IMG/VR virus record: IMGVR_UViG_3300030108_004965
Coordinates: 127,697 to 191,696 of that record
DNA from: a virus
DNA length: 64,000 nucleotides
Direction: 5' to 3' (one strand)
Below are positions 53,395 through 61,637 of this stretch, in pieces. A program made the translations under genes and the position numbers. The notes under the pieces were generated by a model. The model had not been told where the DNA came from. It saw only the letters and a program-made list of their open reading frames with translations, and ran no database searches. How positions within the stretch are numbered: position 1 is the stretch's first letter; every line of letters starts with the position of its first letter.

Positions 53395-56300
53395 TATATT
53401 TTTACCTTTGCATAACCATCTACTTTCTGAATATCGATTGTCATGTCGACAATGTCTTTCAAAGATTCGAGATGGGAAATAAGAAGAACCGTCTTGAATT
53501 GTCCTTTGATCATTTGCAAGAGTCGAATAAACCCTTCCATATGTTCTTCGTCCAATGCCGTTGCTGGTTCGTCAAGTATAAATAGTTCGCTTTTGGGTAA
53601 ATTAGTAACAGAGATTAATGCAAGACGAATAGCCATTGACGCAATGGTCTTCTCCGCACCAGAACCCATGGACAATGGTCTTGGATCATATTTTGGATGC
53701 TTAATGTAAATCTCAAGCCTATCACCAACATTATCAAAAAACACTTCAAAGTTGACAAGAGAATTCAGAATCGAAGAGATCTCTGCATTGATGATGGGCA
53801 ACATGGATTTAATGACCTGATAGGATACACCATTGGCATGCATCGCTTGCCCAAACAAATCATAGGCAATGTAATCTTTCTCAGCATCGTCTATTTGTTG
53901 AATCCTTTCTCTGGCTTCTTCAATTTGGCGACGTGTAGCACCTTCTTCAGACATAAGGCTAAGAACCTTTTTGTTGCACCTTTCCACTTCTGATTCTTTC
54001 TTTGTGATAGTCGAACGGATAGCTTTCGAGTCTCGCTGCAGGGATTCCAAGTTTTCGTATGCCTCTTGGTTTTCGTAGTAGTGGTTAATTTTTGCATTGA
54101 CTTCCTCGATCTCTTTTTCCGCAAGAGCCTTTTTACTCTGGTTTGCCTCAATTTGTGCTTTAATCTTTTGTATTTGTACTTCATTTGTCTTTACCTCTCT
54201 GGTTTTTACATTGTGGTCTTTTAACTCTGCTTCGATGTAAACAATGTTGATGTCATCTTTACTTTTGTTCGTTATCTCTAAATCATATTCAAATCCCTTT
54301 AGGGCTTCTCTAGATTTTTGAATTAGAATTTTTGCCTCTTCGGCTTCTTTAACGAATTGGTTGTTAGAGCAGTACTGACAGTCTGGGTCGTACTCATGGT
54401 CGTGAAGTAGATCAATTTTATTTTGATAATTCGCTATCTCCATCTTGGTTGAACGAATGTGCCTTTCTATAATTGAAATATCTTTCAAAAGACCCTTGTG
54501 TTTTTCAACTTGTTCTTCTCTCGACTCGCGATCAAAATCTTCAATAAAGTCTCGTAAACGCACTTTTAAGGCAAGCAGTTTCTTAAGCCTACTCTCACCA
54601 TTGACTAATGACTCGGAAGCCGTAGAGAGGTCGTTTTGCTTCTTTAAAAGGTTGTTTTTGAGTTCATCTATGTCAAGCCAATCAGTCCCAACAGAATCTA
54701 GTTGATCCTGTATGGTCTTTTGTTCTTCTTGGAGAACTTTTATCCTAGCATTATGTTTGTCACATAAGTCCGTTTGGTCCGCTACTTCCTCTTTGATTTC
54801 GATTAAGGCTTCCCTAGACCACTGTAGTTTCTTCCTCCAGTCAATAGAATTAAGGTGCTTAATAACACCTTTCATTTCGGCAGAATCTTTTTTGGCAAGT
54901 TTATGTTTTGCCTCAAACATTTTGAGATCAAGAAATTTTGCAAGAATCTCCTTGCGCTTGGTAGAGCCTTCATTAATAAAACCAAAAGCATCTGTTTGAG
55001 ATGCCATTGAGGTTATCAAGAAGTCACTAAATGTTCCGAAAGTTTTCTGTATATTCTTATCGGTCTCTGTTCGGGTTGTTCCATTTTTGCTTTCAAAATG
55101 TTCACCAAGAGCATAACGGGTAAAATCAAGTTCCGTCTTTGCTTCTTTTGTTTTCTCCCCTTTTACTGTTTTTTCGTATTTTTCAAGATTTCTAGTAATC
55201 TCGTAGGTATCATCGCCGACTCCGATCTGGAGTTGACACTTAGCCTTTTGCTTATTTTGATTGATGATGTGAACATTCTTTCTTTCTCCTTTTGATGTTG
55301 CATTGAATAAACCGAATAGGGCTGCATCGATAATGCTAGACTTACCCGAATAATTTTTACCGAAGATGCCAACAAGGCCATTTAACTTGTCAAAATCGAT
55401 TTCATTCTTTTCGCCGTAGTTAAATAGATTGTTCCATTTCATTTTACGGAGTTTCCAAACAATATTACGAGAAACCTCTTCAGAGCCCTCTATCTGCTTG
55501 GAATACTTACGATTTAGTTCCAAAACTCTTTCAAGAACTTCTGGTGAGATTTCCTTATCGGACAGAAATGCTCTTATGTATTTTTCTTGAGTGTTTTGGT
55601 CTCGCATGTTTATACGTTCACCATCAGCCTCAACGGTCTCCTGTTGAGAGTAGCCGGCTTTATTTACAAAATTAACAGAATAAGGATGCCACTTAAGATT
55701 TGCATAATCACAGGCTCGTCGTAATTTAACAAGAGGTAAATTATAATTTGAAACAAGTCTTAGTCTGGCGTTCTTTGGTACGTCTATTTTTGGTAATGTT
55801 CCATCTTTATTTATCTCCACGGTATAAAATGGACGCGGAGAAACAAACAGTCTTTTCTCCACAGAAAAATTATCTTTATCACGAATGTTCCAAAGGAGAT
55901 AACCTTTCCTCAAAGACTCGCCAAAGTTTTGCTGGACTGTTGATCCTGCGTACCAAACTCTTTTTTCATCATCAAGATATTGTGTTCTGTGAATGTCGCC
56001 AAGCATAGCAAAGTCAAAATCTTTAAAAATGTCAACTTCATCCTCGCCGTTCTCTAAAGACCATCCGTCTGATACCTTACAACCCATGATAGCACCATGG
56101 TAAAGCGCAATGTTTACCATGGATTTATCAGAGGGAGAGACCCAGTTGTCTCGATCAAACACAGAGAGGACATTTAGGCAGATCGAATCTGTCAACTGGG
56201 TCTCCCCTGAATCTTTTAAAAGATATAGATTAGGATGTTGTAGTGCTTCAATGATAGGCGTAACAGCATCTTGTCGATTTTCATTCTTTAGGTTTCCATC

Positions 56301-56543
56301 ATGATTCCCAAGAATAATGTAAGTCGGAGCGATGTCCGCTAAATTCTTGAGGAACTCTGATGTTAACTCAAAATACTCAGGAGATAAATGAGTTTTAGTG
56401 TGAGCCATGTCTCCTGTGTGGATAATGTAATCCGGCTGATCTTGATGAAGTTGGTCGTAAATTTCCTTAAATACAATCTTGTATTCATCGTGGTATTTTA
56501 AGTTTCGAATGTGTGTATCAGAAATATGTGCAAAAGTAGTCAT
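53394..56543 (-). CDS. Fused Mre11/SbcD nuclease - Rad50/SbcC ATPase (gp47-gp46 fusion)
   Basis: SDTH, HTGD, GNHD, YHG, GDIH phosphoesterase motifs; Walker A GKNYSGKS; Zn hook CQYC; signature SMGSGAEK; Walker B ILDEP; H-loop ISH. Confidence 0.93.
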   Translation of the reverse strand: MTTFAHISDTHIRNLKYHDEYKIVFKEIYDQLHQDQPDYIIHTGDMAHTKTHLSPEYFELTSEFLKNLADIAPTYIILGNHDGNLKNENRQDAVTPIIEALQHPNLYLLKDSGETQLTDSICLNVLSVFDRDNWVSPSDKSMVNIALYHGAIMGCKVSDGWSLENGEDEVDIFKDFDFAMLGDIHRTQYLDDEKRVWYAGSTVQQNFGESLRKGYLLWNIRDKDNFSVEKRLFVSPRPFYTVEINKDGTLPKIDVPKNARLRLVSNYNLPLVKLRRACDYANLKWHPYSVNFVNKAGYSQQETVEADGERINMRDQNTQEKYIRAFLSDKEISPEVLERVLELNRKYSKQIEGSEEVSRNIVWKLRKMKWNNLFNYGEKNEIDFDKLNGLVGIFGKNYSGKSSIIDAALFGLFNATSKGERKNVHIINQNKQKAKCQLQIGVGDDTYEITRNLEKYEKTVKGEKTKEAKTELDFTRYALGEHFESKNGTTRTETDKNIQKTFGTFSDFLITSMASQTDAFGFINEGSTKRKEILAKFLDLKMFEAKHKLAKKDSAEMKGVIKHLNSIDWRKKLQWSREALIEIKEEVADQTDLCDKHNARIKVLQEEQKTIQDQLDSVGTDWLDIDELKNNLLKKQNDLSTASESLVNGESRLKKLLALKVRLRDFIEDFDRESREEQVEKHKGLLKDISIIERHIRSTKMEIANYQNKIDLLHDHEYDPDCQYCSNNQFVKEAEEAKILIQKSREALKGFEYDLEITNKSKDDINIVYIEAELKDHNVKTREVKTNEVQIQKIKAQIEANQSKKALAEKEIEEVNAKINHYYENQEAYENLESLQRDSKAIRSTITKKESEVERCNKKVLSLMSEEGATRRQIEEARERIQQIDDAEKDYIAYDLFGQAMHANGVSYQVIKSMLPIINAEISSILNSLVNFEVFFDNVGDRLEIYIKHPKYDPRPLSMGSGAEKTIASMAIRLALISVTNLPKSELFILDEPATALDEEHMEGFIRLLQMIKGQFKTVLLISHLESLKDIVDMTIDIQKVDGYAKVKI

Positions 56544-56553
56544 GTGTCCTCCA

Positions 56554-56766
56554 TTACTTTCTTACTATAATATAACCCATATCGTATGGGTTGTCAAGTG
56601 AAAAGTTCAACTGATAAAACTTTAAAATGTCTGTTACGATCTTTTTCATCATCAGTGAATTACCAGTTATAATTTTCATTTCGTGTCCCCAATTGTCATT
56701 AATAAAAAGGTGACAAGTGTCATTAACTTCATAGTGCTTTAGGCCATGTAGATCAAGAATTTTCAT
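56554..56766 (-). CDS. Stand-alone Smr-like domain protein
   Basis: ILDLHG...IITGNS resembles the Smr DLHG/IITGKG motifs. Confidence 0.6.
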   Translation of the reverse strand: MKILDLHGLKHYEVNDTCHLFINDNWGHEMKIITGNSLMMKKIVTDILKFYQLNFSLDNPYDMGYIIVRK

Positions 56767-57613
56767 ACTTAACTCCCTGTAGTACCATCGGTGTTCTTGC
56801 TTTGGCTAAATGTAGAATTTTTAAGTAAGATTTTATTATTTGTTCATATTCTTCTTTAGAAGAATATAATTCTACAAAATGATGAAGTCTTAAAAAATTA
56901 TGAAAATCATCCCTGTTTAGTTTACCAAACAGATTGTTAAAAAGCTCTACTGCCTGCTCTGGAGTTTTCGCGACGAATTTATTTGTTTTCTTATCTTTGA
57001 TACCATGTAAGTGAGAAAAGGTATAACCTTTATTGGACAGCATCGCTACCATCAACTGAGTTCGATGTAATCCTTTTAAACTACCTGATTCTCCTGAATG
57101 GTAAGCAAACTTTAACCATGGTAAGTCACCAACCATCCAGTCAATCTGAACATAAGTCTCTCTTTGTCGATAGTAATCATATTGAGGAAACATTGTAAAA
57201 ATGTTACCATTTGTAGTTTTGTCATCTGCTACGTGAATCATGCCCTCGCTTGCGATGGGGTGTGCCAATAACTTTAAGAACGCCTTCAACTTGCACATAT
57301 CATCAGTGCTAGTTCTGGCTCTGGATTTTATTTTTTTATAAAGCGTTTGCCATTCGCTTGCTATGATTCTATATTCTCCTAGTTCTCTAGTGTTGTAAGG
57401 CTCATCATCAAACAAGTGCTTGAAGTCCAGAGCCAAATCCAAATCTCCGGAAATTTCTTTTTTACCCACGCTACCCACGGGATAAAAGTTCTTAAATACA
57501 TGAGCCTTTTTTGGAAAAATGAATCCAAGATGCTCAATGTACTTACTCATTGTTGGTCTAACGTTTTCGCGAACTATTGGCTTCGCGTAGCCTTTAAAAA
57601 TGTTTCCACCCAT
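56753..57613 (-). CDS. DNA polymerase beta-superfamily nucleotidyltransferase
   Basis: VGSVGKKEISGDLDL (hG[GS]x9-13DhD) and a third Asp in VQIDW. Confidence 0.7.
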   Translation of the reverse strand: MGGNIFKGYAKPIVRENVRPTMSKYIEHLGFIFPKKAHVFKNFYPVGSVGKKEISGDLDLALDFKHLFDDEPYNTRELGEYRIIASEWQTLYKKIKSRARTSTDDMCKLKAFLKLLAHPIASEGMIHVADDKTTNGNIFTMFPQYDYYRQRETYVQIDWMVGDLPWLKFAYHSGESGSLKGLHRTQLMVAMLSNKGYTFSHLHGIKDKKTNKFVAKTPEQAVELFNNLFGKLNRDDFHNFLRLHHFVELYSSKEEYEQIIKSYLKILHLAKARTPMVLQGVKYENS

Positions 57614-57622
57614 TGGTGCCTC

Positions 57623-58558
57623 CTATATGTTTCTTAGTTGTTTTTCAAGGAAATAAAGATCTCCATCTATTTCCTCTGCTTGTGTTAATCTTTCTTGAAA
57701 TACGCCCTGAGACATTGACCCAATGTCTTCGTAGTTTCCTATGTTCAGTTTTCTTATTTCCAAATCATACTTCATTAACGAACGAATAATCCAGTGTGCT
57801 TTCTTCTCTGCGTCGGGATCCAAGGCAATGTATACTGGTGTATCATGGATTGCTATCGCTTGGAATAACTTTGAGTCTTCTCTCAAAGTTGAGCCAAGAA
57901 TTGGAATAGCATTTTCACCTGCCACAATAGCATCAAATACGCCTTCAACAAGGATTACTGGTTCATCCCAATCAATATTGAGTTCGTTGAAGATGATGTC
58001 TCGACCACAGGGTGGATTAAGATACCTACGATGATGCCCCACAAATGAACGAGCAATAAAATAATTAGAATTTCCTTCGTCGTTAAAAGACGGGATGATG
58101 ATTCTTCCTGCATATTTCCCCTTTGGGCAATAGCCCATTTTCCATTTTAAAATTTCTTTTCTTGCTATGCCTCGGCCTCTTAGATAGTCTAAGGCGGCTT
58201 TGGATTTGAGTGGCAATCTTTTATTACACAACGACACAAACTCTTCAGGAAGATCAATAACTTGCCTCTCCTCAACGCTGTTGATAGCATCAAATAATTT
58301 GTCAAACTCTGACAAATCAAGTCGACCTTGTAATTCAAGATACTTTTGTCTTTGCTGATAGTTTCCAAACTTTCTTACAAGTCGGTAAATGTTCTTGCCT
58401 CGAGCATCGCAAATCCAACACTTATAAGAGTTGATCGAAAAGTTGACTGACATCTTTTTCTTGTGATGTTTGCAAAACGGGCAGTGATATAAGTGTTCAT
58501 CGCCAGCACGGCGATAGGAACCGAGTATGTCGGTTATTATCTGTCGTTTATTATTCAT
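57623..58558 (-). CDS. DNA primase (Zn finger plus TOPRIM)
   Basis: CPFC...CWIC, RIIIPS, YLNP, VEGVFDA, LDPDA; start at ATG 58558 (track start 58603 lies in the promoter). Confidence 0.92.
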   Translation of the reverse strand: MNNKRQIITDILGSYRRAGDEHLYHCPFCKHHKKKMSVNFSINSYKCWICDARGKNIYRLVRKFGNYQQRQKYLELQGRLDLSEFDKLFDAINSVEERQVIDLPEEFVSLCNKRLPLKSKAALDYLRGRGIARKEILKWKMGYCPKGKYAGRIIIPSFNDEGNSNYFIARSFVGHHRRYLNPPCGRDIIFNELNIDWDEPVILVEGVFDAIVAGENAIPILGSTLREDSKLFQAIAIHDTPVYIALDPDAEKKAHWIIRSLMKYDLEIRKLNIGNYEDIGSMSQGVFQERLTQAEEIDGDLYFLEKQLRNI

Positions 58559-58575
58559 GTTGTCCTCTCTTTTAT

Positions 58576-58603
58576 AATGTAACACGTTGAGAGGATTTGT
58601 CAA
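58576..58603 (-). promoter_or_regulatory. sigma70-type promoter TTGACA-N16-TACATT
   Basis: Minus strand TTGACA aatcctctcaacgtgt TACATT, upstream of primase. Confidence 0.65.
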
Positions 58604-58617
58604 GAAAAAATTTAAAA

Positions 58618-59055
58618 TTAATCTAAATCATTCATCGCATCTTGATAAGCACGTTCATCACCAGTTGGACTAATCAATCTTTTTACAACATAATATTCTG
58701 GGTCGCCTTGTGTGTCGCCGGGATCCAGAATCCAGTAGTCACCAAAGTGATTTGGGGTCAAATCTCGCATCGGTTCAGGGGACCACGAATAGTAATCTAA
58801 AGTAGAATGCTTCCCAAACGTTCCGGGCTTTTTAAATTTAATGTATGGAATAGGACTACTATGTCTCTTTTCCCAGTTATCCCACTTATCAGACATTGGA
58901 ATTCGAGCGAACGCTCTCATTGCTCTAGCGCGGCGCTGTTGTAGTAAACGCTCTTTCTCTTCACGCTCGCCCTCTGCATCAAGTTCAGGTCTAAAATCAC
59001 TTTCGTTAATTGTTTCTAAGATTAATTCTTTTAATTTTGCTTCTGTTAGTTTCAT
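58618..59055 (-). CDS. Tagged putative internal head protein inserted among replication genes
   Basis: N-terminus MKLTEAKLKELILETINE; late motif ACTAATTA at 59074-59081. Confidence 0.6.
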   Translation of the reverse strand: MKLTEAKLKELILETINESDFRPELDAEGEREEKERLLQQRRARAMRAFARIPMSDKWDNWEKRHSSPIPYIKFKKPGTFGKHSTLDYYSWSPEPMRDLTPNHFGDYWILDPGDTQGDPEYYVVKRLISPTGDERAYQDAMNDLD

Positions 59056-59072
59056 GCCGGACCCTCGTCCTA

Positions 59073-59618
59073 CTAATTAGTGAAAATTTTCTTTATTTCC
59101 TCTGCTGAAATGTGGTCTGGTATAAATTCGTCAATGGGATCCCCTGCCTTCAAGGCTTCGCGAAACTCTGTTGCAGAGACAAGATGCTCTTGTTCATAGG
59201 TGTGTTGGATCTCGACGATGTTAGCGAATGATTTGAAATAACTGAGGAAACCTGCTTGGTATCCCGTATCTTTTGAAGAAAGCCCTAGGGAGATTTCGTT
59301 CTCTGTTTTGTCGTGATTTTCCTCAGCCCAATCATACACATCAGCAAAAGGGTTTGTATAGTGGCCGTTAGACCCCTTTCTTACCTTCGCACGTTGATAG
59401 ATGACCTTTGGGTTATCCAAGATGCCGTAAAGCCTTAAAACGGCTTCTGCTTGCTCTATAGAGACCGCAAAGTCATCGCCAACTTTTCGCTGACGTTCCC
59501 CGCAGAAAATTCTAACCTCAGATACATGAGGGTTGTTGATGTAGTGCATAAAAAATTTGTAATGTCCTACGTGTGGCGGCTTAAAACCGCCGGGTATTAA
59601 TACAGTAACCATGTCCAT
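59073..59618 (-). CDS. HIGH-family (cytidylyltransferase-like) nucleotidyltransferase
   Basis: LIPGGFKPPHVGH (HxGH), VSATEFR (KMSKS-like); start at ATG 59618 with AGGAGG SD. Confidence 0.8.
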   Translation of the reverse strand: MDMVTVLIPGGFKPPHVGHYKFFMHYINNPHVSEVRIFCGERQRKVGDDFAVSIEQAEAVLRLYGILDNPKVIYQRAKVRKGSNGHYTNPFADVYDWAEENHDKTENEISLGLSSKDTGYQAGFLSYFKSFANIVEIQHTYEQEHLVSATEFREALKAGDPIDEFIPDHISAEEIKKIFTN

Positions 59619-59645
59619 GTGTCCTCCTAGTGCATGATAATATAT

Positions 59646-59674
59646 AATGTAACGTGTTAAGTAGTATTTGTCAA
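59646..59674 (-). promoter_or_regulatory. sigma70-type promoter TTGACA-N17-TACATT
   Basis: The -35 box contains the TGA stop of the RuvC gene. Confidence 0.75.
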
Positions 59675-60180
59675 GTAGAAAAGTGAGACAAAGCAACGAC
59701 AATTGAATCAGCCATGTCGTCAGTCCCGGGCTTAGGGTTTCCGTGGCGGGTTAATTCAACAATAAATTCTTTTGGGTATTTTTGCTCAACCCATTCAATA
59801 ATTTTTTTCTTTGTATTTTCGCCTCGTTTAATTTTAATTCCGGATTTTGATCTGGCTGTTCTTGACGGAACAAGGATTGGGATTTTATTAAAACAATGAT
59901 AAGCCATTAAACAAATCATTCCATTAAATCTTTGCAATTTGGCCATAGTTCCAGCAGTAGTTTTTCCTCCACTGAACATTGTAAATGGCTCCTCAACTCT
60001 TACTTCAGAGATTTTATATTTTCTTTGGATTACCTTAAGTTCATTACAAAAAAATGCCCAAGCCTTTTCTTCTAGAGTTTCCTCTTTTAGTTTTTTAAAG
60101 TTGACTTCTAAAAGTTTTTGTTTATCATCAAGCACACAGTAGCCTATTTTGGAGGTACTCACATCTATCCCAAGTATCAC
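59671..60180 (-). CDS. RuvC-like Holliday junction resolvase
   Basis: ILGIDVS, VEEPF, DDMADS catalytic acidic residues. Confidence 0.85.
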   Translation of the reverse strand: MILGIDVSTSKIGYCVLDDKQKLLEVNFKKLKEETLEEKAWAFFCNELKVIQRKYKISEVRVEEPFTMFSGGKTTAGTMAKLQRFNGMICLMAYHCFNKIPILVPSRTARSKSGIKIKRGENTKKKIIEWVEQKYPKEFIVELTRHGNPKPGTDDMADSIVVALSHFST

Positions 60181-60356
60181 TTTTTGAGCCTCTCGAGTTC
60201 ATCTTCAAGATTGGATATCTCATTCATTAATTCTGAATAGCCTCTTATGTTGCCATTCCTTTGAAACTCTATCGCTTTTTCATAGTTGCTTTTTATTTGC
60301 TTCTCTAGTTTTTTAGTTTTACTAGGAAAAAATAAATTATAAATAATCTCTAACAT
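60177..60356 (-). CDS. Hypothetical 59 aa helical protein (missed by ORF track)
   Basis: MLEIIYNLFFPSKTKKLEKQIKSNYEKAIEFQRNGNIRGYSELMNEISNLEDELERLKK*; GAGGTG SD and a promoter upstream; GTGA coupling to RuvC. Confidence 0.75.
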   Translation of the reverse strand: MLEIIYNLFFPSKTKKLEKQIKSNYEKAIEFQRNGNIRGYSELMNEISNLEDELERLKK

Positions 60357-60371
60357 TCACACCTCTATTAT

Positions 60372-60400
60372 AATATAACATATCATAAATTACATGTCAA
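60372..60400 (-). promoter_or_regulatory. sigma70-type promoter TTGACA-N17-TATATT
   Basis: The -35 box is encoded by the last codons (LDM*) of the upstream structural gene. Confidence 0.75.
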
Positions 60401-61631
60401 GTTTTAATTTGAAAATAAATTCTCTATCTTCTGTTTTTCTAACAGGAGTTGCCATTTTAGCAAAACCTATAACATTCATATCCTTATCATACAATGCTAT
60501 CTTTGAAATGTAAGTCTCTTTTTGCATTGGAGGCTCAACATCTGTGTAATCTACAGGAACTATGTTTTTTATAACACGAGGCTGCTCTCTGTATTCATAA
60601 GTCCCAGAAGTTGCCATCTGTAAGCTTTTTAAAGAGTTTTTAAGGTAAGTTGGGTTATTAGAGTGATTAAGTTGACCGTATGGTGCTTTGGCCATAATTG
60701 TCATAGTCTGTATGTGATTTGTTCCTTGGAACTCTATTGCAAATGACGCTGACTGTATGGTGTTATCACTTCTTGCCGAATCAAAATTTCCATCATTCGA
60801 ACCGTAACCAAAATACAACCAAGAAGATGCTGCTGCGGCTTCATAGTTTATCGTTGTACTATCAATTTCAGCGGAAGATGTTAAAAGTATGAATCCTTGA
60901 TCATACAAAACAGTTCCTACAATACCACCAGTTGTTGTTCCACTAACTTGAATCAACTCTCCTCTATACCCAGTATCAGACGCTTGGGCTGCTAATGTTC
61001 CAGAGATGTAATATTTAAGATTGACTGATCCCTTTCTTATGGACGAGCCATAAAAAATTGAAGGAATAGAAATTAAATTAACTTGTCCTGTGTAATATTT
61101 GTCAAAGTCAAACTTTGGAGACAAATACCTGTAGTGATTTATGGTGTTTTTAAGTGCCCTCAAATAAGATTCGTTAGTGCGATAAAAATCTAAATCCGGG
61201 TCGTCGTTCAATCTATTGACGTTTATAACATTTGATTTGGGCCAATTTCCATCGTTTCTAGTAACTCCGGCACTTCCTGTTACAAAATACCTTCTTATGC
61301 TCGCTGACATGTTATAACTAGAAGAAATGGTGTTTCCGCTATAGTTGAACTGAGTGTTCCACTCTTCTTTTGTTTGAGATTTGAATCCAACTCTCTCAGC
61401 CCCTTTCGTTAAAAAGGGATAAATCTCTTGTTGGTTGCTTCTATTAATGTTCAATTCGTATAAAGAAACGAAACCTCTAGGGACACCTAGAATGTTATCA
61501 CTGTGAGTTCCTGAAATATAGTTTTGATTGTCAATGTAAATGGAACCGCTCTGAACATAAAAACTTACATCCGGATATGCTTCTATGGTGTTGACGAATA
61601 AGTCATTATCTTTAACTTTATAATATGACAT
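60390..61631 (-). CDS. Baseplate / tail-fibre attachment-like structural protein
   Basis: C-terminal TYISKIALYDKDMNVIGFAKMATPVRK, shared with its neighbour; NHSNNPTY. Confidence 0.55.
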   Translation of the reverse strand: MSYYKVKDNDLFVNTIEAYPDVSFYVQSGSIYIDNQNYISGTHSDNILGVPRGFVSLYELNINRSNQQEIYPFLTKGAERVGFKSQTKEEWNTQFNYSGNTISSSYNMSASIRRYFVTGSAGVTRNDGNWPKSNVINVNRLNDDPDLDFYRTNESYLRALKNTINHYRYLSPKFDFDKYYTGQVNLISIPSIFYGSSIRKGSVNLKYYISGTLAAQASDTGYRGELIQVSGTTTGGIVGTVLYDQGFILLTSSAEIDSTTINYEAAAASSWLYFGYGSNDGNFDSARSDNTIQSASFAIEFQGTNHIQTMTIMAKAPYGQLNHSNNPTYLKNSLKSLQMATSGTYEYREQPRVIKNIVPVDYTDVEPPMQKETYISKIALYDKDMNVIGFAKMATPVRKTEDREFIFKLKLDM

Positions 61632-61637
61632 AACATT

